Shown here in pieces: positions 39,028 to 52,100 of a stretch of DNA of 64,000 nt. Each line of letters starts with the position of its first letter. The first letter of the stretch is position 1. The notes below the pieces were generated by a model. That model did not search any database and was not told the DNA's origin. It saw only the letters and a program-made list of their open reading frames with translations. This stretch comes from Antedon mediterranea (taxonomy: Eukaryota > Animalia > Echinodermata). The translations under genes were made by a program, and so were the position numbers. The DNA lies in assembly GCF_964355755.1 (NCBI RefSeq), contig NC_092678.1, positions 22,647,365 to 22,711,364 of the forward strand. The letters run 5' to 3'.

Positions 39028-39186
39028 CTATAAACACATTTTAAAAAGTACATGATTCATTTATTTTGTATTTACTGTTGCTGAAAAAATGACAATTCTG
39101 TGAGTATCAGTGGCTGGATCTCAATGGAGATACAAAACAGCGAAAACCTAAATCAAAACGATAAAGTAAAACAGCCAAAAAGGTTA

Positions 39187-39225
39187 GCAGAGCTTTCGGG
39201 CAACACTTAGCCCTTCATCAGTGCA
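39187..39225 (-). ncRNA. Minimal hammerhead ribozyme motif in Penelope pLTR
   Basis: GCA-CTGATGA-AGGGC..GCCC-GAAA-GCTC-TGC. Confidence 0.7.
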
Positions 39226-39462
39226 GTGCAAGCGCTGCCTGAGTGGACAGAAATAAAAGAAATAAAACAAAAGAGGCATAAGGCTGGTGAATAGAGGGTG
39301 TAGATAGTATTGTGTAGAAAACAAAGAGGATAGCTTGCCTGGTAGATATAAACAATTTATATATATATATATCCTCATCTTTATCGTTTCAAATTAATTA
39401 ATTAAATTTCAGTATATCACCGGGCGGTTTAGAATTAATGTTCTTTGCCTCTTGTGTTTATA

Positions 39463-39512
<50 letters not shown>

Positions 39513-39769
39513 TGAAGGGCTAGTGTTGCCCGAAAGCTCTGCTAACTTTTCTGGCTGTTTACTTTATTGTTTTGATTTTGCTTTTCGCTTTTTATTTTTG
39601 TATCTCCATTGAGATCCAGCCACTGATACCCACAGCATTGTCATTTTTTTCAGTAATTTGCCTTTGGATTTTTATATATATATATATATATATCCAGATA
39701 TTCATTCATTCATTATATCCAGAGTGTTAAAGAGTCGTTATCCAATCGAGTTCGAACAATACCATGAAA

Positions 39770-39841
39770 GCCCCAGTGGTCTAATGGTTAGGACATCTGC
39801 ATATCAAGCAGGCGGTCCGAGTTCGAGCCTCGGTTGGGGCG
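39770..39841 (+). tRNA. tRNA-like cloverleaf, anticodon ATC (Asp), repeat-borne, copy 1
   Basis: Acceptor GCCCCAG/TTGGGGC, D arm GTCT/GGAC, anticodon arm TCTGC/GCAGG, T arm CCGAG-TTCGAG-CTCGG, G73, then a T-run. Confidence 0.6.
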
Positions 39842-40133
39842 ACTTTTTCTCATTCTCACAGATTTCCTCATCTTTATCGTTTCAAATTAATTAATTAAAT
39901 TTCAGTATATCACCGGGCGGTTTCGAATTAATGTTCATTGCCTAATGTGTTTATATATATAAAAGTATCTCTTCGGAGATCCCGCCTCGTGTATAAAAAT
40001 ACTGAAAGATGAGGGCGTATCAATTTGATCTCTGGTGCGCGTGCGTACAACTGAGGACTAGTGCTGTTCCGCCGTACCACGCCGAGAATGTTAAAGAGTC
40101 GCTATCCAATCGAGTTTGAACAATACCATGAAA

Positions 40134-40205
40134 GCCCCAGTGGTCTAATGGTTAGGACATCTGCATATCAAGCAGGCGGTCCGAGTTCGAGTCTCGGTTG
40201 GGGCG
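40134..40205 (+). tRNA. tRNA-like (ATC), copy 2
   Basis: Same 72-nt cloverleaf. Confidence 0.6.
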
Positions 40206-40606
40206 ACTTTTTCTCATTCTCACAGATTTCCTCATCTTTATCGTTCAAATTAATTAATTAAATTTCAGTATATCACCGGGCGGTTTCGAATTAATGTTCA
40301 TTGCCTAATGTGTTTATTTTTCTCATTCTCACAGATTTCCTCATCTTTATCGTTTCAAATTAATTAATTAAATTTCAGTATATCACCGGGCGGTTTCGAA
40401 TTAATGTTCATTGCCTAATGTGTTTATATATATAAAAGTATCTCTTCGGAGATCCCGCCTCGTGAATAAAAATACTGAAAGATGAGGGCGTATCAATTTG
40501 ATCTCTGGTGCGCGTGCGTACAACTGAGGACTAGCGCTGTTCCGCCGTACTACGCCGAGAATGTTAAAGAGTCGCTATCCAATCGAGTTTGAACAATAGC
40601 ATGAAA

Positions 40607-40678
40607 GCCCCAGTGGTCTAATGGTTAGGACATCTGCATATCAAGCAGGCGGTCCGAGTTCGAGTCTCGGTTGGGGCG
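40607..40678 (+). tRNA. tRNA-like (ATC), copy 3
   Basis: Same 72-nt cloverleaf. Confidence 0.6.
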
Positions 40679-41043
40679 ACTTTTTCTCATTCTCACAGAT
40701 TTCCTCATCTTTATCGTTTCAAATTAATTAATTAAATTTCAGTATATCACCGGGCGGTTTCGAATTAATGTTCATTGCCTAATGTGTTTATTTTTCTCAT
40801 TCTCACAGATTTCCTCATCTTTATCGTTTCAAATTAATTAATTAAATTTCAGTATATCACCGGGCGGTTTCGAATTAATGTTCATTGCCTAATGTGTTTA
40901 TATATACATATATATAAATCCAAAGGCAAATTACTGAACAAAATGACAATGCTGTGGGTATCAGTGGCTGGATCTCAATGGAGATACAAAAATAAAAGCG
41001 AAAAGCTAAATCAAAACGATAAAGTAAACAGCCAGAAAAGTTA

Positions 41044-41081
41044 GCAGAGCTTTCGGGCAACACTAGCCCTTCATCAGTGCA
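41044..41081 (-). ncRNA. Minimal hammerhead ribozyme motif in Penelope pLTR
   Basis: TGCA-CTGATGA-AGGGC-TAGTGTT-GCCC-GAAA-GCTC-TGC. Confidence 0.72.
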
Positions 41082-41831
41082 AGTGAAGGAATTTGGATAA
41101 CGTCATAGTATAAAGCTGGCAAGTGCTGCCTGGGTGGACAGGAATAAAAGAAATATAACAAAGGGAGCCAGGGTGGAGTCTGAATAAGAGTAGAAAACAA
41201 AGAAGGTAGCTTGGTAGAGATATAAACAATTTTGGAATGAGACTAAAAAACAGCTTAAATGGTGTTTAATATTGAAACTTAAATTTTGGTAGTCAATGGA
41301 ATAATTTTACCGATCTGGGAGTATGTTCCAAATGTTAAGTCCAAAAGGTTTTGTGATTTTAAGTAGTAATTCCCAGTGGTTTTCTTTGTCTTTGCGAGTT
41401 TTGTTGCTCCATTTGACATCGTGGTCTATTGCAATAACTCTGAAATTTGCAATCGAGTGACCAGCTGAATTAAAATGTTCGGCTACAGGTTGATCAAGCT
41501 TTAATGTTTTGATAGCTGATCTATGTTGTGTCATTCTCATACGGAGAGTGTTTTTTGTTTCTCCAAAAAATATATGTATTATATGAATTGATATTGTTAA
41601 TTCATTAAAAACAGACATTTTTGCTAGGAGATTACAGAGCTTACCTTTGCATGCATGTTGTTTAACCTTAGACTTCCGGTTAATAGCTCGAATTGACACT
41701 ATGGTAGAAAATATAACAAATATCAAATGACATAACCCACAACACTCATTCTGAACACTTAAACTTAAAATGGAAAATAAATGATGATTTAAAGATAAAA
41801 AGAAACAATTACCTTTTGGTAAAATACTTAC

Positions 41832-42389
41832 AGTTATTTACAGAATCACCAGATTTGATTAAAAATGTTAGTCCATTTGTTCTTAATATCTCAATGAATT
41901 CCATCATCTTTTTTTCTGAGAGAATATTCTTTCGTTCAAGATCCATAATCAAACTCCAACTATCCTTATACTCAGTAGACATTGTTTCGTTAAAAGCCTG
42001 ACGTAACCTTAATGTATCGCTAGATTTCATCTTATATCCAAGTCGCATTACACTCTGTCTGTATTCACTAAATGCCAAAGCTCTCTCTTCTCTGCATGGG
42101 CGTGGGCATACCATTTTTAAATCTGTTATTTTATGTATTTTCTCCCAAACGCCATCCTGTTGTGTTATAGTTATGGTATCATATATAAGATTGGGATTGT
42201 CTTTATTCAGTCCTTTATGTTTACACAACAAGTTTAACAAATCAATCATTGACGACGTGTTCTCTAGTATACCTTTATCTGGCACAAACTCTTTGTACAA
42301 CACTTTAATCATCTTGATTGGGCAACGGTTTTCAACAAACCAATCTGCCACAGTAATCTTCAGCAGTTGGAATTGATCGTCTGTTAAAG
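41832..42389 (-). CDS. Tandem DED exon of NLR gene B
   Basis: Bounded by TTTCACAG| and |GTAAGT; 558 nt, phase 1-1. Paralogue of 13829-14338. Confidence 0.78.
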
Positions 42390-42540
42390 CTGTGAAAGTA
42401 AAAATGCATATCATTGTGTTCTTTTATTTCTAAAATGTATATTATGATAATGAACAACTGCAACAGAAAACAACCACACGGGGTAGTACAGGATGTGACA
42501 TGTCTCCTATATAACATTAACAATTCTAATATTATCTTAA

Positions 42541-43082
42541 AGATGTATTGTCCCTTGAAGCACAAAAAAATGAAGGGCAAAATATTCTAAATTTAAATTG
42601 ACCATATCAAAGTAATATTAAAGTTATTCACTTTAAGTCGAACATTCGAGCCAAAAGCAACAAGTTTACGTAATTAACAGGTAAATTAGTTTGATTATTT
42701 CGTCTGGAAAATCGTCGCGAGCGAAAGTAAACAAAGATTTCAAACCATGAGTACGCATTATGCATATGCTAATTAGGATTGTTTATAACTCGTCATGGTT
42801 GAGAAGGTATTTTCACACAGATCGTGAGGAAGTTTTATGATTATGCATACAGAGTAGCCAAACAAGCGCGTTTCATTATGGGGTATGTTTTGATCGAAAA
42901 CGTTGACTGGAAGTCAGAGTTATTTTTTTAACAAAAAAACGTCTGTATTTCAGTTAAATGATTTTTTTTCGACAAATTTTTGGTGATAGTTAATAACTAT
43001 TATGATACTTCAAAATGACCCACCTTTTTTCGAAATCTGTTATTTTTTATTTTTTGGAATTAGTCAAAGGGACAATACATCT
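42541..43082. mobile_element. Kolobok-like MITE
   Basis: TTAA|AGATGTATTGTCCC ... GGGACAATACATCT; the right TSD is degenerate. Confidence 0.7.
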
Positions 43083-43687
43083 GTGAATAATTACCAACAA
43101 AAATGTGCAGCCTTTTGTTGTGTTAGCGAGATATTTAAGGTCAAAGGTCAGTTACTTTTATGTAACATTTGATGTCTCCTCAACCTCTGGGTTTAAAAGG
43201 ATAAATGTAGTGTCATTAGGAGTCACAAAAAATACAGCTTTTACAACTTTTTAATAATTCCATTGGTCAGATATACAAGGTCAAGGGTCAATGACCTTTA
43301 TTTAGTATATAATGGCTCCTAACTATTTAACAACTGCACACAAAAGGACGAAAGTGTTCCTGAATCGGTTTTACTGACCACATATATTCTTGATTCAGTA
43401 CATTGTTTGTCTATTTGTGACTTTTACAGCTAGATATATATGATAATTCAATACTTATATATATTTTGGATTTTTGCCGCCATTTTGGAAGATCGAAAAC
43501 TGATTGGGTGGCTCCCAGGCAAAAATCAATTAGTAGGTCTAAAAGAAGCCTCATGCCAAATTTGGTTCCACTCGCCTTAATCACTATATAATGTCCATTT
43601 TCACAAATGGAATAAACATCTAATTGATTTAAATGTAAATTATTAAGACCGGGATCTCGTTTTTTACTTATGTTTAGTATATTTTAC

Positions 43688-43706
43688 CTGTTTCTGTTCC
43701 TTCCAT
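43688..43706 (-). CDS. Putative first coding micro-exon of gene B (MEGTET)
   Basis: CAACAG|AAAACATGGAAGGAACAGAAACAG|GTAAAA; phase 1, in frame with the 42389 exon. Confidence 0.6.
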
Positions 43707-44754
43707 GTTTTCTGTTGAACAAAGGTGGCGGTTGCTTATATTCAATATAGTATATATAGTATTTTGACAAAAGACTAGTTGCAAAATTGTTCCTGTACAG
43801 TAGACTGAATCTCACAGTTGACATCTAAAACGCAGTAAAGTAACGATAACTTAACATTGGTGGTGTAGACCTATTAATGTACGTATCTAACTAGATAAAT
43901 TGTAAGAATAGTTGGTTAACATATTGTCGACAAGTACTTTTGTTAACAGTATATTAATTCTGTATTATTATATTTCATTGAAGCGACACAGCCACGTCAC
44001 AATTAATGAATACCAACAACCTGATCAAAGGCCTTATAGTAATATCGTATCAAAAAATAGGTATGGAATGAGGAATTTATAGTCCGGTTTTACACATATA
44101 TACAGTATTATATTCATTCATTTAAATGAGTATATAATTGTAACCATATTAGTATTTTGGTATTACTACTTTGGATATATGATGAGGTTGATTAAACATT
44201 TAAAACTATACAGAATCTAGACATCCTTGTGTTCAGTAGAATTGATCGTTTTTCATTAAATGTACCGGTTCACTGAATCATACATAGTATGACTAAATAT
44301 ACGCTTGCTCTATGCTATGTCGGTTTTAGCTTTGCATTTAGTTTTTCAACTTATGGAATCGATCATAGTATAACATTTTAGGTGGAATATTTTAATCAAT
44401 CATTGTACTTCTTTTCGGCATTGAAAACTTCGTGTTCTAGGTCTATTTATAACTAACTAACTAAACTATTTTTCTCCCGCGTATGCTGTTTTTGACGTTT
44501 GTTTGTAACGTGATTTCGTTTAAAGAAATATAATAATCATTATCTTACAATGAAATGCCAACAAACTGCCTGTTGAGGGCAGTAGACTAATACATAAAAT
44601 TATCATTTTCATTTATTACGTATTCTGTATTGTTATTTTCAATTATATGTAATTAGGACTACTGTTATAGGAGAATCTTAGAAATGATAAAACCAATAAT
44701 ATGAATTGTGAAATATAACGACATTCAGTGTACCATTTGGCGTTCTTTAGTTAG

Positions 44755-44890
44755 GCCCATACCACTATAGGCCTATTATCCACTATAGGCCTATACCACT
44801 ATATGCCTATTATCCACTATAGGCCTATACCACTATAGGGCTATTATCCACTGTAGGCCTATACCACTGACAGTAGGCCTATTATCCACC
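44755..44890. repeat. Minisatellite of alternating ATACCACTATAGGCCT / ATTATCCACTATAGGCCT units
   Basis: Direct reading of the sequence. Confidence 0.85.
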
Positions 44891-45839
44891 ATCGTATTTA
44901 AAAAAAAATGTTGGTCTATGCAAACTGTCGTCATCTGATTTTTATATTCGAATTATGCTATTATAAAAGAAACCCTGTTATTGACACCAACTGTGAACTA
45001 CTCTATAATGTATATGTATTTACTATTTATTTATCTCAATTTATTCAATAACGCTAAACTGTTCTTTCCCCAAAGTTAGTTTTGCTGTATATTAATTACA
45101 TAACAATTATAGAATCTTCTTGTCAAGCTCTAGTTATATCATCTAATTAACAGAATAAATAATTGAAAATAAAAATTCGATATTTTGTTGCTTAGTTTTC
45201 TGTACACATTATGCTTGGCATAAATCATTAAATTTATTTTATGCATTTCAATTAACTGGTACTGGTTCAGGTAACCGTCTACATAGATACATTCTGGTAG
45301 CCTTGACGTAAAGTTGTTGATTGAATTTCTTCTTATAAAATAGCATCGCAGATTTTCATTCAACACTACATTTGAGTTTATACATACTTTTAATATAATG
45401 CCTATACTTCGCCTTATCACCGATATTTCCCAATTTTGAAATTCTTTTTATTCTGACCGAGCAGTAGCAGTGTTTATTTCCAGAAGAATACGACACATTT
45501 CAGTTTGTGCTGAGAATAAACGATTTTATTTACCAAATTGTACAAGTTCTGATTAATTATTAAAATTTTAAAACAATAAATATCTGAAATATACTGTTAC
45601 TGTTTACATGTAAGAATTAAATTTTGTAAAACTTTGAATGCGGTAGAAGTAGGAAACACAATTTATGTCACACACACGCAAGTCACAAATCAGTTTATTT
45701 GATCCATAAAGAAAAAAAAAATACAAAGCAAAAAATATAGAAAAGGACCAGGGAGACTTCCATTAAGGCCAAAAGCCGCATGCATCCCATGGAAGCTACC
45801 CGAACATTTTAAATAATATATAATTCTGTAGATTGTAAT

Positions 45840-46798
45840 TAGTCTGGGCTCCAGACGGTGTTTTGTCTTAATATTAGTAAAAATATAAATATTTTTGCAC
45901 ATATGGCGTTTCATACGTGTATTACTTGAGTTTGGATACTCCGTCTGGTGGGGAAACACGCATAAGTCACGTGGTTTGACACCAAGAATTCTTGGTGCAT
46001 AAATTATCCAGTTGACTAGTTTCAGCCGCATGCCATTGGTTACTCACTCGCAGGCAGTTTTAATATTCATATTTCAGAATTTCAAAGACTCAACATCTAA
46101 GATGATACGCATGCGCTATGCTACGTTTAGGCAATGTGTACTTGGGTACATTGATGACAGTTTCTGAAGGCTATAAATGATTTTATATGCCCAGTAGTCT
46201 GGTAAACATTTGATGGGATTTTTCCCAAGAACATGAAAACTCGTCTTGATATGGTAGGCATAGCTTCTCCGCGAAATCAAACATTGAATGGATCCTATTA
46301 TTCGGAGATAATTTGATTTTATAATTCCCACCCAAACCCTGTCCTGTTCTGTGTTTGTGGTGGTGTAGCCCTATTGTGTGCCGGTCGGTGGTGGTATGTA
46401 CCTTATTTATTGGCAGGTCATACGTACGAGTTGAGTAGCCCTACGAAGGAGGCCTAGGCCAGGACTGAACAATTAATAAACAAAACAACTTGGCAACACG
46501 ATTTTATATTTCATCAACAGTTGTCTGGATCGTACATTCAGCACTGTACGTACTCGATCTTTTTCATTTTGAAACAAAATGATCATTGGTTGATTCGAAA
46601 TCCATATTTACATACCGCCCGCCCCATATAGCCAAATACGGTATGATAACCTACGTCATTCTTATCGGACGTTTGCGGTCTGCAAATCGATTTCTATACG
46701 TGTTTCACAAGTCTGTATTTTCAGACAAAAATCGCGGTCGAAATAAAAACAAATAAATAAAAAAAAAAGACAATAAATACAGACTTGGGGCAAGTCTA
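45840..46798 (+). mobile_element. AcademH-like non-autonomous element, copy 3, with 9-bp TSD
   Basis: GATTGTAAT at 45831-45839 and 46799-46807. TAG...CTA termini with terminal hairpins. Confidence 0.7.
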
Positions 46799-47865
46799 GA
46801 TTGTAATATGCAAAATACTTCTTTCATCGTCTAAAGTGAGTTTGCTGCCACCTATATTGTTTTGTTCACGCATGAGTAAGCTCATTTGCATTCTCCCTTC
46901 ACCAGATGTATTTATGTTTATGGCGTTCCAGCCCACGTGTCTGAGATGTGTTTACTATTGCTATGTTGTGCGGAAGTTTTTAAGAAAGAAAATCTAGACC
47001 CGACATTTTGTCAAGCCAGGATTCAAGGAGTGACTACAGGGTAAGCTTGCATTAACTTATATTCATTGTAATGTAGAACTATTAGGCCTAGCCACATTTT
47101 AGTAGTACAGTGGTTAGCTTTGATACCCGTACGAGTAAAGTACAGTAGGGCCTGTCAATACTGGACGCATTCTTATAGCGTTCTTTCTTGTCGGTCGGTA
47201 ATGCGTGTAACATGAATATTTATATCACTACCTTATTGAATATGCATGATTTCTGCATCGCATCATACGGAAACATTGTGTAATGGACAGATATAAAGAC
47301 CATTGAGAAAATTTAAATTAAATTAACAATAAACAAAATTATACAATAAATCGAGTCAAATGTAATTTAATCAAGTTATATTATACCCAAAAAAAGAAAA
47401 TACACACTCATAAAACTAATTTATAATTTAAAACGATTAATAAAAACCAATAAAATGTATCCTGTATAATGTATAATCGATATAATAAATTAAAATAAAA
47501 AATGTTATGGCCCGATAACGATCGACGTAAAATAGATAAACGTTTTTCCTTACATAAAACAAAATAGATTCAAATGTTATCATACTTCTAGGATAAACAA
47601 TAGGCCAATATCAATAATAATAAATAACATTAATAATTGTTTTGTTTTAATTTTTATACATACCCTGTATTTAAAATAGATACAAAACAACAAAAATTAG
47701 TAATGAACAACAGGAAGATTGTCTCCTGATACTTTACTTTAAAAAATACCACAAATAATAGATGGGATCATTGAATATCCATCGATATTCAGAAGGTAGT
47801 ATTTAAACAGGGTAAGTGACATTTTGATTCAATATACAAAACGCAAATACCGTAATATGTCATTT

Positions 47866-48828
47866 GCGGTTGAACAGCTCGAGTACAGCATCATAATGTT
47901 GAAGACAGGCCGATTTTTTTTTTTAAATACTATTTTGATAGATTTAATATACGTTTATACATATGTATTGATTTGCGATGAATGGAACATTCCAATCTCT
48001 GTTCCACAAGTGTCTATTCCCTCAGGCGTCGTAAAGGCAAGTACTGTATACTCATAACAGAAATTCGATCCATTTTTTTTTTCAACCAACCCAACCATTT
48101 CAATCTGTGCTGCAGAGGTTGGATATACATTTTTTTTCAACAGATAATGAGCTAGCGCTTTCACTCGCCGTATATTATGTACTCATCTTTATTATTGCAG
48201 TTAAACCACCCACATCACCACCCTTCCCTCACTGGCATGAGTAGCGTTGTAAAACCAGTAGAGGATGGGCCTACGGTACATCACATGCCCTAAACGCAGA
48301 ACAACTTTGGAGGGTAGGGTAGGAACCAACTTAAGTATGAATTGGCTCTAAGAAACAATTGAAAACCATTATGCCTACTAATTAAGTTGAGTTAGATAAT
48401 TTAATATTTATTGACCATTAAATCGAATTTATGATTTTGCCCGAATAGAGGTGGTTTTCACAAATTGTTTTAAATTATATAAACATATACACGTCGTAGT
48501 GATGTATCGTTACATGTACTATACTATTTCAATCGACGGTGATAGTTTCAACAAAGTATTAAATCGCAATGTTTTACTGTGTATAGTGGTATATTATTTG
48601 TAAAACATGAAAACAATTAATATTTCGTTACTAAATGGATAAAGAATATATTTAAAAATTGTTCTTCTTTGCACCCACCCTCTTCCCCATCCCTCAACCC
48701 TAATGTTACATACAAAACACAAATTAAGTTTGTTTAAATTTGACTTAAAAAATTTGTCTCATTTTGTGACAAGTTTCTCTTTCGGAAGTAATTCCCAGGG
48801 TGCTAATTTTAGTTCAGTACATAAATCA
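47866..48828 (+). mobile_element. Helitron family A, internal fragment
   Basis: Homologous to about 23377-24326; lacks both termini. Confidence 0.85.
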
Positions 48829-48839
48829 TAATAATCATC

Positions 48840-49090
48840 ATAAATGCATTGTGTTCCATATACCCAAAATGATACCCCAGGAACGCAATACTTTAACATA
48901 GGAAAACGGCCTCATATTACAGTGGTTTATTCATCATATATAATGCATTGTGTTCCATATACCTAAAATGATACCACAGGAACACAATGCTTTAACATAG
49001 GAAAACGGCCTCATATTACAGTGGTTTATTCATCATATATAATGCATTGTGTTCCATATACCCAAAATGATACCCCAGGAACACAATGAA
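48840..49090. repeat. About 99-bp tandem repeat, about 2.5 copies
   Basis: AATGCATTGTGTTCCATATACC recurs at about 48843, 48942 and 49041. Confidence 0.9.
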
Positions 49091-49101
49091 TTTTTATGTG
49101 C

Positions 49102-52100
49102 TCAGAAATCGATTGAGGAGTCGCACAAAAATGCCATGTCAAATAAATTGAATATATCTTCTGGCATGGGTTGACCAATGACCAGAGTTATCCTATTTAT
49201 ACACGTGTTGCTACAAGGTAGCCAACTGTCGTCTCTTCTGCAAAAAGAGACAGCGGGGGCATAGCCAAAACCGAGTAATGGTTCGTTTGCAGCTCCTGTG
49301 CAGAACTGCAACACACGGCCCAAATCGATTCCGTTTCGTCTTCCAGCTATAAGGAAAAAAACGATTGTTATAATTGGAAATGTTAGTTAATATTACTGTT
49401 GTACAGAAATAGAAATTTTACTTTGAATAAAAGGCTCTAGCTCAAACGTGCTCTTAGTTTTATCAGTTATTTTAAAATTTATTTTGCATGTACCACTCTT
49501 GTACACTATCATTTGTATTTTGTATATTATAGTTAACTTTTAAAAATCATTTTATCAGATACGTATATAACATCCGCATATATACAACAAGAATCATTTG
49601 TTACAGTGCATTTTTGTAAATTGCATATGTTTCTATTTACCGGCAACTTCGCGGAGATATGCTGTGAAGTTTTTATACGCGTTTTCTTCCAACATCCTGG
49701 TGTTTGACCCCTCCTCACCGCTAAACATAGGTTTGAGTAGGTGCGTAATTTTTCTAAAGGTTAGGGGTTTTGGTTCGTCTTGCTGTACCAAATAAACCAT
49801 ACTTGGCCGTTTGCGCAGCACCTACAAAAGAAACATGCTATTGTTATTTTATCTTCGTCCAACAGCGACCTGGCATCTGTTTAATATTGCTAATCTTACT
49901 GTAGGCCTATTCTTTCATTTCGTTTGATTTAGTTTACGTTATAACACTTTAATAATAATAGTGACCTTTAAACTAAATTCTAAACTTAATACTAAAATAT
50001 ATAGTTGCATTAATTCAGTCGCCTTCTCTGTCTGTCCAGTGTTTGAACAGGAGCTTTGGTATTAAACTCCCACTTATTTATCGCTTCAATTGAATTATTA
50101 CCTATCGGACGAGTTCCGACGGTGACACTAATAATCAACGCTTTGCTATTACTTAGGCCTATATATCATAATTCCTAAATCTTTATAAACGAAAATGTTC
50201 TCATGATGTCGAATGCAAAATGTTTGGAGTGATGGACCACAACAATAAATAAGCAAATATGCGCACCAACACAAAAACTGTTTTGAACATAATGTTAAGA
50301 AGAACCTACCTCAACAAAACCTAAATAGCTGATTCCTTTAAGAAATTCAGCTTCTACAACATTTGCCTGGCATTCGCCCTTTACTACACTCATCAAGTGT
50401 TCTCTAAGTAGTGAGGGAGTAGGGCCATTTTGTAAGAGACAGAGCCCTACGAAATAATAACAAAGTATACACAATGAACAGATGTATGTTACGATGTTGC
50501 ATTTTAATACACCATTATTATCCATGCCGGGTATCTATTCACTGGATGACACAAAATATGGATGTGAATCATATGAATATCAGAATAACAATAATACTGC
50601 AAACGTACCCATTACTAACCCCATACAATAATAATAGTTATTCGGAAGGCCGTCACTGATAAGTTGACCATTGTCGTCTAGCATCCTTTCTTTGCATGCG
50701 CGCAACATTTCTCTCAAAAATTCCTGTCTCGGCCCCCCTAAATCTTTAGCTCTTTCGCCCAAAAACTCAACTTCCAGTGGAACTGTTAAGTCAGGGTTAG
50801 GCGCCATGAGTTCGACAACTCCGTCAGCGAATAGGGTGTTCCTAGAGGGAAAAATTGTTTTTAACTATGATTTTCTTAAATAACGAACCATGTCGGTATG
50901 TAGTTTTTATCTGTCGTTTATAAAAAACAAAATAAAAACGGTTTATAGCAACAACATATGCGTACTTGATTTGTAATTTTAATATAATATGAAAGACTAA
51001 CTAGATTTCGTAGGCCTACTGATTTGGGTGTAAATATAAATTAGACATGTAAAATTGTAATTACCGTGCAATAAACATTGGAAATGTGTCGCCTTCAATA
51101 GTTTCGGCATCGGTTGTGAGGTCGAGTGGGCGACCACGCATTACGTTCTTCTGAAACGTTCTTAGAATTTCCACAGGATTGTCAGTTTCGGTACTAATTC
51201 GATCGACAAACATAGTAAAGGTATAGTTAAATAGGTGTATTTCCATTGTAATTGTGATTAGCAGCAAGTCGATTATTAAATTATTTTAAGCTATGCTAAT
51301 ATTAAATGTTAGTTTCTCAGTTTTATCCACTTTTCTTAATTGTTATTATTATTACAGTATTATGAAAGAATGTGGAAGTTTTGTTACCTTCTAATTTGAC
51401 TTCTAATTTAGTCGTGTTCTATTATTGTTTATACTTACACTATTATCATAGAATATTTTGCATAAACGTTATTTGAATTGAAATAACTTACGTTGTATTC
51501 AGCGTTTTTGTGACGGCTTCGTGAATATGTGTTTGCAAGGGGTTTAAATGTTGGTCTGCCTTTGGAACATCCCTATAACAACAGATGGTGTTATATTTTA
51601 ATTTAAAATTGTTTGCGCCAAATGGTGAAGATACTGTGAACCGGGCTAGGCACACTGACAGAGTATAGTGTGTCAACCAGTATCTGATTGCAAATAATAA
51701 ATATCCAGAAATGTTCTACGTTCCTTATAATTGAAGTGGGAATGTTATGGGAAAAACCCCTCCAGTCTCTGCATGCTTGCACCAACAATTTCCAGCACAA
51801 TTACGCATTAGTACCATGCGTGTATAGGCTTATTTGTGAAATACTGGTTAATTAAAGAATACCCATGTAACTTAACTGTACAAAATGTGAACGATGATAT
51901 AATAACGCATTACCTGTCAATTTCTAAGAACGGTAGTTCCCAATCATAAACTTCGTTATCGTCCAACACAATACTTTGTGAGTCCTATTAAAAAACGACA
52001 ACTAACCAAATGACATATTCGTTAAAACAAAATCCAAACACCGCCACTTTACGAAGGTGATCGAACAGAGAAATACTGTTTTAGTACTGTACAACCCATT

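Larger units (their letters stand above)
39720..40905 (+). repeat. Tandem array of tRNA-containing units (about 360-470 bp) bounded by (TA)n
   Basis: Three units, with an internally duplicated tail of about 110 bp. Confidence 0.9.
39083..41726 (-). mobile_element. Penelope-like element 3' remnant with direct and inverted pseudo-LTR copies and (TA)n tracts
   Basis: GIY-YIG tail GETKNTLRMRMTQH..VAEHFN..HS..E.HW..L....PFGLN at 41307-41570. pLTR sequence at about 40910-41230 and 39083-39360, inverted at 39510-39667. Confidence 0.85.

Noticed and set aside
39900-40080. Hammerhead core within the tRNA-containing repeat (CTGAGGA; minus-strand CAATGA..GAAAC)
   Set aside because: Could not build helix II and a complete core by eye.
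39770-40678. Ordinary housekeeping tRNA-Asp gene cluster
   Set aside because: Atypical anticodon and body, and location within a (TA)n/Penelope-associated repeat; kept only as tRNA-like.
43090-43580. Further old transposon fragments (also about 14390-15360, 54690-55660, 34610-34790)
   Set aside because: Repeat-like motifs are present, but termini and TSDs could not be defined.
45139-46970. Possible decayed LRR tail of another NLR
   Set aside because: Only faint resemblance (NIGGS; C..SNVVL..N) across broken frames; not supportable without alignment.
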